A DNA stretch of 64,000 nt, from assembly GCF_036321535.1 (NCBI RefSeq), contig NC_087437.1:65474001-65538000 (forward strand), written 5' to 3'. The DNA comes from Camelus dromedarius (taxonomy: Eukaryota). This document shows, piece by piece, positions 51,045 through 64,000 of this stretch. Below the pieces are notes generated by a model. It was not told where the DNA came from. It saw only the letters and a list, made by a program, of their open reading frames with translations, and did no database searches. The position numbers and the translations under genes were made by a program. Position 1 is the first letter of the stretch, and each line of letters begins with the position of its first letter.

Positions 51045-52435
51045 CCAAAACCTACCAAAATCTACAGTAATCAAGACACTGTGGTGCTGGCATAAATATT
51101 AATGGAATGGGATTGAAAATACAAAAATAAACTCTTACTGTTTTTGGTAAATTAATTTTCAGTAATGGTGCCAACATAATTCAATGGGTAAATAATCTTT
51201 TCAACAAATGGTGCTGGGACAATAGAATATTCTCATGCAAAAGAATGAAGCCAAACCCCTTCCTTACACCATACATAAAAACTAACTCAAAATGAATCAT
51301 AGACCTAAATATAAGAGCTAAAATTATAAATTGTCAGAGGAAAACATGAGAATAAATTTTTGTGATTTTGAGTTAGGCAATTATTTCTTGGATACTACAA
51401 TAAAAGCACAAATAATAAAACCAAAAACAGGTGAACTGAGCTTTATCAAAATTAAAAATTTCATGTTTAAAAGGACACCATTAAGAAAGTGAAAAAACAA
51501 CATTCTGGGTGAAAATATTTTCAAATCATATATCTAATAAGAGATGCATATCCAGAATATATAGTGAACTGTTAGAATTCCGTATTTAAAAAGAAAACCC
51601 TCAAATGTAAATAGGAAAAACAACTGAATTTCTCCAAAGAATACACAAAAATGGGCTATAAGCACACACACAGACTCAACACCTTTAGTCATTAGGGAAA
51701 CGCCAATCAAAACCACAGTGAGATATGACTGCATCCATACCAGGATGGCTATAATCAAGTAGATAGATTTTAACAAGGGTTGATAAAGATATGGAGAAAT
51801 CGGAAACCAATACTTTGTTGGTGGGAGTATAAAAGCATGAGGACTCTTTGGAATACAATTTGGCAGTTCCATTAAGTATTAAATATAAAGTGATCATAAG
51901 ACCCAGCAATTTCATCCTTGGGTATATACCCAAGAGAAATGAAAATATACATCCACATGAAAATTTGCACATACACATTTATAACAGAATTATTCAGAAT
52001 AGTCAAAATGTCGAAACAATACAAGTGCTCACCAAATGATGAATGAATAAATATAAGTGATATAATTATACAATGAAATATTATTCACCAATGAAAATGA
52101 ATAAAATATTTAAATATGATATAACATGGATAAACCTTGAAAACATTATGCTAAGTGACAGAAGCCAGTTATGAAAGACCACATATAGTGCAAGTACATT
52201 TATAGGAAATGTCCAGAGTAGGCAAACCTACAGGAACAGAAGGAATTCAGTGGTTGCCTAAGGATGGAGGAGTAGGAATAGAATGACTGCTAATGGCTAT
52301 GGGATTTCTTTTGGGGTGACAAACTTTCTAAAATTAGATTTTGCTGATGCTTACACAACGTTGAACATACTAAAAACCAATGAACTATACACATTAAATC
52401 AGTAAATTGTGAATTATATCTCAGTAAGTCAATAT
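51045..52435 (+). mobile_element. L1 ORF2 3' part plus L1MB-like 3' UTR
   Basis: tttcaacaaatggtgctgggacaa, acatggataaaccttgaaaacattatgctaagtga. Confidence 0.85.
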
Positions 52436-53710
52436 TTTTTTTAAGTTTTTCTCCAAAGTGTAGCAGAAAACCTCAGAACAAAATCTCTACCATTTATCTC
52501 TCAGGGTTTCTAGTTTAACAATGTCTTTTGAGATCCTTAAAGTTTACTCTATTTTTTATGCTTGTTAACTAGATGAAATTTTTAAAAATTTAAATATATA
52601 TTTATGTATTCAGAATTGTACTTATTACAGTAAGAACCGTATAGGGCACTAACCTTCCAAACTGCCTATAATTGACCATTACTTCTTATTTAAATAATTT
52701 TCTTATTTTTATATTTATTTTTGCTACATATAAACTCATCTAATTTTTAAAAATCCTGCTATTATTTTTCTTTGCAACAAACTAAATTTTGCATTAATAT
52801 GTGGGGAGCAAAACATCTTTATAATATTGAATCTATCTATGCATGCATGGAGTATTCTTTTATTTATTCAAGTTTTCTTTTGTGTCCTTTAGTAGAAATA
52901 ATGCCTCATTATTATTTTAAGATTTGTTCCCAAATATTTCTGTAGGTGGCTGTCAATTAAAATAGTTCTATTCATCCACTGTATTGTTTTATATACAAAA
53001 TTCTCATGTTATACTCAATAGTATTCCTATTAAGTTTTTATTTTTCAGATGTACAACTATATTATCAAAAAGTAATTGTGATTTTGAACTCTCTTTCTAA
53101 ACTCTTAAGTATCTTCTTTCTTTTTCAAGTATAATTACACCTGATAGTATTTTTAGGAAAATGTCAAATATCAGTGATATTTCTTGACACCTCTGTCCTG
53201 TTTGTAAGCAACAATGTCACTATTAAGATGGTTTGTGTAGATATGTGTTCATGTATACATTTAGCTGAGAGCATTGTGACTGAAGAATAGATACTTGAAC
53301 CATTACCATTTATTGTGAAAGAAAATCAATGACTGTAGCACCAGTGAAAACCAGCTACAAGGGCAATGTCATCACAATGCTAATCTCAAGTGAAACAGAT
53401 ACTAATCTAACCTCACTGGCTGTAGAGATCCTCACTCTTATCATTGTCCAATAACCCAAGTTTCAGACAAAGCCTACTTCTATAGTACAAGAATTTTTGA
53501 ATTGTAAAAAATAATGAATTTAGGTAGGATTTCTCATTTTAGGAGACATTTTAGGCTAGGGAGGGGGTGGCAACAAAAGTATATTATATAGTATATACAA
53601 CATAACACCCACAGTATGCACAATACAGTCTGAATTATAGGACATATGAAGAAGGAGGAAAACATGGGCCATTATTATGAACAGAGGCCAACTTAAAAGT
53701 GAAGCAGATA

Positions 53711-53855
53711 AGGGGGGAGGGTATAGCTTAGGGTTAGAGTGTGTGCCTAGCATGCACAAGGTCCTGGGTTCAATCCCCAGTACCTCCCTATAAATAAATA
53801 AATAAACCAACCAACAAACAAACAACAAAACTAACAACAACAAAAGATTAAAAGA
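53711..53855 (+). mobile_element. tRNA-derived SINE, camelid Vic-1-like, with perfect 16-bp TSD
   Basis: gggggagggtatagcttag (A-box-like), ctgggttcaatcccc (B box), A-rich tail; TSD aaaagtgaagcagata at 53695-53710 and 53856-53871. Confidence 0.88.
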
Positions 53856-53871
53856 AAAAGTGAAGCAGATA

Positions 53872-54548
53872 TTGATATTATCAAATATTTAAAGCAGTTA
53901 TTATAACTAAGCTCAATATTTAAAGAAAAAAAGGAAAATAATGAAAAGAAGAAATCTCAGCAGAGAAATAGAAAATATTAAAAAGTAGCAAGTGAAAAAA
54001 TCTGAAATATTAACTTATGGGCTTAATAGCTGAATAAAGATTACAGAGGAAAAGAGAAAAAAATTGACTGACAAAAAATACAGAGGCTCAGAGAAATGTG
54101 GGAGAACATCAAAAATTTTACCAGACAGGTAACCGGTGTACCAGAAGGAAAGGAAAGAGAGAATGGAACAGAAAAATACAAAAAATAAAAGGCTGAAAAT
54201 TTCCCAAATTTTGTGAAAGATATAAATTTCTAAATTCTAGAAGGTCCATAGTTCGGTAGAACCCTAAATGGAATAAAATTGAAAAAAACAAGTCTAGTTA
54301 TATCATGGACAAATTGCTGAAAATAAAAGGTATAAAAACCTTCTGAAATTAGCCAGACAAAAATGACACATTATATACAGAAGTACCAAAAATCAAAATA
54401 CCACACACTTCTCATTCAGAAACTATGTAAACCAGAAGACAGTAGAACAACATCTTTTAAGTGTTCAGCACCTTAAAAATATATACATTCAAAGAGTTAA
54501 CTCAGAAATATATACCCAGCAAAAACACCCTTTGAGCATGAAAGCAAA
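53872..54548 (+). mobile_element. Old L1 ORF1 fragment
   Basis: ggctgaaaatttcccaaattt, cttctcattcagaaactatgtaaaccagaagacagtagaac. Confidence 0.7.
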
Positions 54549-54549
54549 G

Positions 54550-57500
54550 GAGAGCAACTAAGCTGGCAGAGTAGAAGGACCTTGAGCTCATCTCCTCTGA
54601 TGAGCATACAATAATCACAATTAGCTGCAGAAAAACCATCAGTAAAGAGTGGAACCTACTAGAAAAGATCTTCTACAACTAAAGACATAAAGATAGAATC
54701 ACAAGTGGGTTGGAGGAGCACACGCATGATATAGTCAAATCCCATACACCCTGAGTAGGTGACCCACAAATGAGAATAATTAAATTACAGAGGTAATCTC
54801 ACAGGAGTGAGAGTTCTGACTCCCACATCAGGCTCCCCACCCCAGAGGTCCAGCACTGGGAAGAGGAGGCCCCTTCAAAGCGTATTTGGCTTTGAAGGCC
54901 AGTGGGGCTTGATTGAAGGAACTCCAAAGGATTGGGGGAAATAGAGGCTTCACCCTTAAAGCGTGCACACAGAATCTTATGCACACCAGGACCAAGGGCA
55001 GAAGCAGGAATTCGATAGGAGCCTGGGCCAGACCTACCTCGGTCTTGAAGGGTCTCCTGGGGACATAGGAGACAGCTGTGAATCACCTTGGGGACACAGA
55101 TGATAGTGATAGAAATATTGGAGATCACTCATTTGCATGAGCTCTCCTAATGGCTGATTCTTGGGTAATTAGTGCCAAGACCGGGCCCCACCCAACAGCC
55201 TATAGGCTCCAGTGTTAGGACATTTCAGGCCAAATAACTAAATGGGCAAGGACACAGTCCCACCCATCAGTAAACAGGCTGCCTAAGGACTTACTGAGTC
55301 CACAGCCACCTCTAGACACATCCCTGCCCACCAGAGAGCCAAGATTCAGCTCCATTCACCAGTGAGCAGGCACCAGCCACTCCCTCCAGGAAGCCTGCAC
55401 AACCTCTAGAACTGCCTCACCCACCAGGGGACAGACACTAGAAGCAAGAAAACTACAAATTGACAGCCTGTGGAATGAGTCTGCAAATGCAGTCCAGACA
55501 CTACCCTGGGACCAGCTGGCCCCTGGCCCTTGTGTGATATGAGAGGAGTATACTTCTGGGACACATGGTATGTCTCCTACAGAGGGTCACTTCCCAAGGT
55601 TGAGAAACACAACTAATCTCCCACATACATAAAAATACAAATAGCAATTTAGACAAAAAGAGGTGGCAGAGGAATATGTTTCATACAAAGGAAAAACATA
55701 AAACCACAGAAGATGAACTAAATGACATGGAGATAGGTAATCTACCCATGAAAGAGTTCAGAATAATAATTGTAAAGATGATCAAAGAACTCAGGAGGAG
55801 AATGGATGCACAGAGTGAGAAGTTTTCTACAGAGTTAGAAAATATAAAGAACAACCAGAGTTGAAGAGTATAATAACTGATACAAAAATACACAATAAGG
55901 AATCAATAGTAGACTAGTGAGAACAGACTAGTGAGCTGAAAGACAGAGGAGTGCACCCAACAAAGGAGCACCTTAATATATAAGGCAAATGTTAAAAAAC
56001 ATAAAAGGAGAAATTGACAGTAACACAATAACAGTGGGGGACTTTTAACACCCCACTTACATCAATGGACAGATCATCCAAACAGAAAATCAATAAGGAG
56101 ACATAGGCCTTAAATGACCAGAAGGACTTAACTTGATATTTATAGAGCATTCCATCTGAAAGGAGCAGAATATACATTCTTTTCAACTGCACATGGAATG
56201 TTCTCCAGGATAGATCATATGCTGGACCACAGAGCAAGACTTGGTAAATTAAAGAGATTGAAATCATATCAAGCATCTTTTCCAACTACAATGCCATGAG
56301 GCTAGAAATCAACTACAAGAAAAAATTACAAAAAAACACAAACATGTAGAGGAGGCTAAGCAATATGCTGCTAAATAACCAATGGATAACTGAAGAAATC
56401 AAAGAGAAAATCAAAAAAAGACCTAGAGACAAATGAAAACAAAAACACAACAATCCAAAACCTAAGGGATACAGCAAAAGCAGCTCTAAGAGGGAAGTTT
56501 GTTTATAGGAATACAAGATTACCTCAGGAAACAAGAAAAATATCATATTAACAATCTAACATTACACCTAAAGCAACTAGAGAAAGGGCAAACAAAACCC
56601 AAAGTTAGTGGAAGGAAAGAAATCATAAAGATCAGAGCAGAAATAAACAAAATAGAGACTGAAAAAACAAAAGATCAATGAAATGAAGAGCTGATTCTTT
56701 GAGAAGATAAAAAAAATTGATAAACCTTTAGCCACATTCACCAAGAAGAAAAGGAACGGACTCAGTAACATCAGAAATGAAAAAGGAAAAGTTACAACTG
56801 ATATCAGAAATACACAGAATCATAAGAGACTACTATGAGAAACTATACACCAATAAAATGGACAACCTAGAAGAAATGAACAAATTCTTAGAAACATACA
56901 ATCTCCAAGACTGAACCAAGAAGAAAAAGAAAATATGAACAGACCAATTACTAGTACTGAAATTGAATCATTAGTTTTAAAACTCCCAACAAACAACAGT
57001 CCAGGACCAGATGGCCTCACAGGTGAATTGTATCAAACATTCAGAAAAGAGTTAACATCTATCCTTCTGAAACTACTCCAAAAAATTGCAGAGGAAGGAA
57101 CACTTCCAAACTCATTCTATGAGGCCACCATAGCCCTGATACCAAAACCAGACAAAGATATCACCAAAAAAAGAAAGACAAAAGTACAAGCCAATATCAC
57201 TGATGAACATAGATGCAAAAATCCTCAACAAAATACTAGGAAACCAAATCCAACAATACAGTAAAAGGATCATACACCATGATCAAGTAGGACTTATCTT
57301 AGGGAAAAAGAATTTGTCAATATCCACAAATCAATCAGTGACACACCACAGTAACAAACTGAAGAATAAAAACCATATGATCATCTCAATAGATGCAGAA
57401 AAAGCTTTTGATAAAATTCAACATCCATTTATGATTAAAACTCTCCAGAAAGTGGGCATAACATAATAAAGTCCATATATGACAAACTCACAGTTAACAT

Positions 57501-58290
57501 CATACTCAACAGTAAAAAGCTGAAAGGATTTTTATCTAAGATCAGGAACAAGACAAGGATGCCCATACTCACCACTTTTATTCAACATAGTTTTGGAAGT
57601 CCTAGCCGTAGCAATCAGGGAAGAAGTAGAAATAAAAGACATCCAAATCGAAAAGAAGTAAAACTGTCACTGTTTGCAGATGACATGATACTACAAAGAA
57701 AATCCTAAAGCTGCTACAAGAAAACTGATAGATCCCATCAATGAATTTGGTAAAGTTGCTAGATACAAAATAAACATAGAGATATCTGTTAAATTTCTAC
57801 ATACTAATGATGAATCATCAGAAAGAGAAAGAAAATAGTCCCATTTACCATTGCATCAAAAATAATAAAATACCTAGGAATAAACCTACCTAAGGAGGCA
57901 AAAGACCTGTACTCTGTAGCAAACATTATACTTAGTGAAGTAAGCCAGACAGAGAAAGACAAATACTATATATCACTTATATGTGGAATCTAAAAGATAG
58001 TACAAATGAATCTACATACAGAACAGAAACAGACTCATAGACATAGAAAACAAACTTATGGTTACCAAACAAGACAGCGGGGCAGGGACGAACAAATTAA
58101 GAATATGGGGTTAACAGATACAAACTACTACACATACAATAGAAAAGCAACAAGGATTGACTTTATAGCAGAGGGATTTTCTTGTAATAACCAATAGTAT
58201 AATATAATCTGAAAAATAATTGAATCACTATGTCAGTTTCACACCTGAAACTAACAAAATATTATAAATCAGCTATACGTCAATAAAAAA
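54550..58290 (+). mobile_element. L1 with 5' UTR and 3' end but two large internal deletions (~3.7 kb)
   Basis: 5' gagtagaaggaccttgagctcatctcctc; ORF1 start ~55660; ORF2 EN/RT peptides ([35 protein letters not shown]); 3' UTR ending caataaaaaa. Confidence 0.88.
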
Positions 58291-59023
58291 ATACTAAGAC
58301 TATTTAAAGCAAAAATTATAACATTGTATTTAGATGTTGTAAATATGATTACTATTGTATAAAGGACAGTGGCTAAAGGTAGATAAATATACATATGGCT
58401 CTGAAATTTCTACATTTTATGTAAATTGTTACAATTAACTCTAATAGAATGTGGAAAATTAAGGAAATATATTGTAATTCCTAGAGCAACTGATTAAAAA
58501 GGATTATGTAAAGATAAATTGCCTATATGTAAATTAAAACATAATTATAATAAAAACTATCAAATAATCCAAAAGGAGGCAAAAAGGAAAGAAAAAAGGC
58601 ACAAAAAAAAGACAGAACCAACAGAAAGCAAATAATAAACTAGTATACCTAAAGCTAATCTCATCAGTAATTATATTTAATATTAATGGACTAAGCATAC
58701 CAACTAAATGAGATGACCGAATAAAAAAGCAAGACCCAACTATATGCTTTCTACAGGAGACATGATGGTTACCTAATAATAAAGCATCAAAATATATGAA
58801 ACAAGAAAGGACAGAATTAAAGTGAAAAGTAGACAACTCTATAATGAAGAAATTTTAATACACATTCTCAGAAATTGATTACTAGTCAAACATCAGAGTT
58901 AAATCACAGAGGATCTGAAAAATATCAACCATGTTTAGCTGTTTAATTTTTAAATTATAAAAACAAAAATGAATAGAATTACAAGAAAAAAATCATAATA
59001 GATATTTACTTAGATATTAGTAA

Positions 59024-59054
<31 letters not shown>

Positions 59055-59976
59055 ACTTATTTCTCTCAGAACTGAAAAATCAAGCAATAACAAAAACTTA
59101 GCAAAGACTTAAACAGTACAAAGTAAAAACAACAATTTCAAGTTTGACCTTTGTGTAACAGTTAGGAAATGTATATTCTTCTCAAGGATACCTGGAACTT
59201 CATGGTAATTCATTGTGTATGTCTAATAATAAAGCAAATCTCAGTAAATTTTGTAGAACTAGTATCATCCCACATTCTCTGACTATAATTTAAAAAGCTA
59301 TAACAAAAAACATTTTTAGAAATTAGGAAAGACATGTCTAAATTCATAGGTATAAAGAGAATTAAAATAGGAGTTAAAAAAATCTCTAATATTAATGAAA
59401 ATTCCGTATTATTAATGAAATCACATATTAAAAATTTTAAGGTACAACTAAAATGGTAGAGAAAAAAATTTATTTTAGAAAATAAAAATAGCCGAAACAA
59501 AAAGGAACAAAATGAAAGGTAAATAGATATGACAAGGGATACCTGTACTGTCAAAATCACAAGAACTATGTCACGGTGAGGTATCAGGACTTTAATCTGA
59601 ACTAAATGTTATAAGAAACATAGATACTGATGTTTTCAACAACGTGTGAACAAAACTTCATCTCTTTCAACAGGAAAACAGAATTATAAAAAATAATCCA
59701 AATAGATAAACATGGATATAGTAAAATATGTGAAAGTATCAAATATTAAATCAAATAAAACAGAACTTGTGAAGAAGTTGACTGTTGAGAAGAATAAAAG
59801 GAAGTAAATAGGAACTTAGGAATAAATCACGTGACATACTTGCCAATAAAAGACACAGGATATTTTGAGGGGGAAGTAAGGGTACCCATCCTAGAAACAA
59901 ATACTTAAACCTGAGTGGGATGTATAATAAACACGTCTCCAAGTTTTCCATAATGGAAATCTTTAAATAAAGCATC

Positions 59977-61282
59977 GTTAATCATTCATCTGTTGATAGG
60001 CACTTAGGTTGCTTCCATAACTTGGTTACTGTAAATAATGTCACTATGAATATTCAGGTGCATGTATCTTTTTGAATTAGTGTTTTCATTTTCTTTAGAT
60101 ATGTACCCAGGAGTGGGATTGCTGGATCAAATGGTACTTCTAGTTCTAGTTTTTATTTTCCTTTTTTTCAGTGAAGGTACTAGGGGTAGAACCTAGGATC
60201 TCATACTTGCTAAGCATGCGCTCTGCTACTGAGCTATTACCCACCCTCTATTTCTAGTTTTTTAAGGAACTTTCATACACCCTCCATAGTTGCTACACCA
60301 ATCTACAATCCCACCAACAGTGTAGGAGAGTTCCCTTTTCTCCACTCCTCATCAATATTTGTTATTTGTAAACTTTTCAATGATACCATTTTGACAGGTG
60401 TGAGGTGATACCTCACTATGGTTTTGATTTGCATTTCCCTGATGATTAGTGATGTTGAGTATTTTTTAATGTGTTTGTTGGTCATCTGTATGTCTTCTTT
60501 GGAAAAAAATGTCTGCTCAGGTCTTCTGCCCTTTTAAATTTGGATACTTTGTGGTTTTTTTGATATTGAGTTGTGTGAGCTGTTTATATATTTTGGATAG
60601 TAACCCCTTATCATTTGCAAATATTTTCTCCCATTCAGTAGGTTGTCTCTTCATTTTGTCATTGGTTTCCTTTGCTGTGAGAAAGCTTTTAAGTTTTAGG
60701 TCCCATTTGTTTATTTTTGCTTTTACTTATTTTGCCTTAAGAGATAGATCCAAAAAAAATTTCTGCAATTTACATCATAGTGCTCTGCCTGTATTCTCTT
60801 TTAAATGTTTATGGTATATACCCATGAATAGATGGATCAATAAAGAATATTACTCAGCCATATAAAAGAAATTCTGCCATTTGCAAAAACATGATGGACC
60901 CAGAGAGTATTACGCTAAGTTAAATAAGGCAAAGAAAGACAAATATTCTATGTTGGTACTTACGTAAAATCTGAAAAATAAAACAAACAAATGTATGTAA
61001 CAAAACAGAAACAGACTCACAGATATAGAGAAAAAACTAGCAGTTCCCAAAGGGAGACGGAAGGGGGAAAGAGCAAATTAGGGGTATGAGATTAAGAGAT
61101 ACAAACTATTATGTATAAAATAAATAAGCAATAAGGAATATTGTACAGCACAGAGAAATATACATATTATTTTATAACTTTAAATGGACTATAATCTATA
61201 AAAATATTGCATCACTATGTTGTACACCTGAAACTAATACAAATAGTATTAGTATATCAACTATACTTCAATTTAAATAAAT
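59977..61282. mobile_element. 5'-inverted (twin-primed) L1 insertion
   Basis: Minus segment 59977-~60810, plus segment ~60811-61282; flanking aaataaagcatc (59965-59976) / aaataaaacatc (61283-61294). Confidence 0.8.
60155..60246 (-). mobile_element. tRNA-derived SINE (Vic-1-like) nested in L1
   Basis: Reverse complement gggtgggtaatagctcagtagcagagcgcatgcttagc...ctaggttctacccctagtacc; TSD tctagttctagttttt / tctatttctagttttt. Confidence 0.82.
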
Positions 61283-62201
61283 AAATAAAACATCTCTAAC
61301 TCTCTAAAAGTAAAATAATCTCTAAGTAAAATATTAGGTTAAATGTTGCAATAATTTAACCATTTGCAGATGGAACATGCAACTGTGCCACAAAAAATGG
61401 CAGACCAACCCAAGATGGAATAATTCCATCTTTTGACTTATGGGTCATCCATTATTAAAACATAACATTATTTTCTCAATGTGAAACTATAACAAATTCC
61501 CAGAAATTATGAAATAGAATGTATTTGATTAACCTCTACATTTTGACCTCTCTATTCTTACAAACAACCAATGATATGAGATAAACACAGAAGTCACATC
61601 ATCACCATATCATGGAAAATAATATGGTCTCTGAATAAAAGATATTCATACATTTGAAATTTTATTCTACCCAGTTAGGAAGACAGATGAAACATAAATC
61701 TTAAATACCTCCTTTCAATGAGGAAGATAATAAGATAAATACAACCTATGATAAAAACCACAGTAGTCATGGAATCAAGTGGCAGAAACAGAAATAAATG
61801 GGAGAATTTAGAAAATAACAGACTCTAAAGAAGTATAGAAATCAGGTGTAAGAGTCAGATCTATATAGTACCGTTCTCTAACTAGCATCTTACCCTTTAA
61901 AATTGGTCAAATATTCTATATTATCTCCTCTGCTTCAAAAACATCAACCATCCCATTATTCAGTTTTTGGCTGGGAGAGTCTCTACATAGGTATCACTTA
62001 ACAATGTAGGAAAATCGACAGACAGGAAGAAGGGAACTATAGAAACTTTGGATCTTAATGTGGGGATCTGAAGGAGGTATAAAGAGGTATTCAGAATCAG
62101 AAGCTATGCCCTGTTATCTCTTTCTCATGATAATGATACCAACTTTCTAATAAAGGCACTGCACCTCTAGAATTCATTTCTTTTGAAAGCATACATCTTA
62201 C

Positions 62202-62325
62202 CATGTGGAATTGTAGTCTGGAAAGGACGACTTGGGCTTTTCAGGTTCCATAAAGTCAAGCTACCATCTGAATGGCTGCACATGAACTGTTTGCCCTCGT
62301 GATGCCAATCAATTGAATGAATAGC
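62202..62325 (-). CDS. STXBP5L: Tomosyn-2 internal coding exon 1 of 10 in window (124 nt), AIHSIDWHHEGKQFMCSHSDGSLTLWNLKSPSRPFQTTIPH(G)
   Basis: ttag acceptor, CATG|gtaag donor; WD40-type peptide (SDGSLTLWN) recognised as tomosyn family; phase 0-1 joins in frame to the next exon. Confidence 0.95.
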
Positions 62326-62744
62326 CTAATGAAATAACAATTAAAAACAAGTAGAGGAGAAAAAAGTTGATATGTTATATCATTCTACATTCCAAAGAAA
62401 AGTAAATTAACACAATTATTATAGCAATAACACTTAAAAAACATATGTAATTTTTCAGACCCAGATCATACTACCTTTGGCTTCAATCCTCTATATGCTT
62501 ATAAAAGGCTACAAAAATTAATCTCCTGAGATAAAGGAAAGTTAAGTAAATTTCAAAATTTAGTTAGATCCCAGACCTTTTTGTTGTAACTACTATGTCC
62601 TTCCTGTATCCTTTAATGTTTTTGAAAATTATTACATAGAAGTAAAAGCAAGGTTATCAGAAGATAATCTATGGTAAGATAGAGACCTAGTTCCACTTAA
62701 AGTCGCCAATTTAAAAAGTAATTTACCTAAAGTTACAATTTAAG

Positions 62745-62940
62745 GGCCTACCATGTTTCAGCCCTTGGTAAACAGTTTATGTATACATTATCTCATTTAA
62801 TCCTACAAAACAGGTATTATTTTTTCCGAATTACACATGGTGAAATAGGCCTAGAGAGATTGAGATACTTGCTCAGGTTACACCATTCAGAGCCAACATG
62901 TATCTAACTACAAAATCCATATTCTGAATCACTCAGCTAT
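62745..62940 (-). mobile_element. MIR SINE
   Basis: cattatctcatttaatcctac...gaaataggcctagagagattgagatacttgctcaggttacac. Confidence 0.75.
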
Positions 62941-64000
62941 AGTAACTCTAATATATACCATTTAAATTGATTTAAAGCAAGAAGGGTTCAAAATGTTTAT
63001 ATTTACAGGCTTACTCTGTAGATGTGAATTATATAAAATTAAAAAATAATCATTCCACTTTCCTAAATTATTTTATTTCTAGTGGTTGCACAATGTCTTA
63101 TATAACGTACTCAAAATATTAATGAATAAGTAATTAATTTTATCACATATTTCTAAACTCTTGGTATTCCTTCAAAATTAGTAAAGTATACATGGAACTT
63201 GGGTAATGTGCACAATGAAAGAAACTCTAGTAGACATAAAAGCTGAACAGATGTATACAGCATGATCCTTTCCTTAAAGGAACTTAAACAACTGCAAGAT
63301 AGGAATACATATATTAATATTAACAATGCTTATTGTTTGGAATTTTTAATATTTAGTTTTTTAATCTATATTTATAAAACCATTATATATATATATTTAT
63401 ACTAAACATATATATACACAAAGATATATTTCTAAACAGTAAGTAGTATTAGAGTTACAGATAATTGATGACTAGAGTAATCATTAGACATATCATAAAA
63501 AAAAAAGAGTATAAAAGCTATACCTTAAGATAAGTAAGATTTTATTAATTAGAAAAGATACCAAGACACACTGGACTTATGTTTTCTCTCATCCTGGTCT
63601 TTATTACTGGGCAGAAAAGACTTCCTTATTGCCAGGGTTCAGTAGAGGCAGTGAGAGGAAAAAACACTTTTTGTCTTCTCCTCTATTCACTTCTTCCCAT
63701 TTTTGTAGGTGACTCAAGGGAAATGTCACTTCTTGCCTCCTCTACATGTTAAGTTGAATGAACCTCAGTCAATTTAAAGTTCTCTCAGACTATTTTGCTA
63801 CAAATGGTGGGGGCAGAGAAAGTACCCCAAGCCCTAATCCTTCTTTCCATCCCACTGAATTTCTGTGTACTGGAGAAGATAGAAGTAAAAATAATAGCTA
63901 CAAGACAAAACCAAAATAAGTACTATAAAAGAAGTACACTTGTTGTACAGAAGAGTAGGCATGTACAACCAACTTGTTATTAAAAAAGAGAATGTCAAAT

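Noticed and set aside
53711..53790. tRNA-like sequence with A and B boxes
   Set aside because: Has an A-rich tail and TSD and lacks a proper acceptor stem, so it is a SINE rather than a tRNA gene
56499..57466. ORFs with reverse-transcriptase-like peptides ([19 protein letters not shown])
   Set aside because: Frameshifted LINE-1 ORF2 remnants; not a retron, DGR or any functional RT gene
15..62325. Alternative calls: STXBP5 (tomosyn-1), LLGL1/2 or a pseudogene
   Set aside because: Peptides such as AIHSIDWHHEGKQFMCSH and SYDKACRRPSLTIMHGK match my recollection of STXBP5L better; the intact frame and splice sites across ten exons argue against a pseudogene; BLASTP would settle it

Overview
AT-rich, CpG-depleted mammalian genomic DNA, not microbial. 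The window lies inside one minus-strand gene, STXBP5L (tomosyn-2). I resolved ten consecutive internal coding exons by hand (124, 79, 155, 73, 148, 68, 41, 218, 173 and 126 nt; 1205 nt in total). All have GT-AG boundaries and splice into one open frame covering WD40 and LLGL-type beta-propeller sequence; neither start nor stop codon is in the window. The introns are packed with decayed transposons: LINE-1 of several ages, L2, MIR, MaLR LTRs, MER53- and MER8-type MITEs, and two tRNA-derived SINEs resembling the camelid Vic-1 family, so the source is probably a camelid (inference). Most ORFs in the supplied track are L1 remnants or noise. I found no convincing new multi-gene system. The most unusual structure is a ~260-nt intronic palindrome just downstream of the 155-nt exon, whose stem would hide a consensus 5' splice site that could close a stop-containing cryptic exon. 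Repeat family names are from recalled consensus sequences, not from a search, and old-repeat boundaries are approximate.
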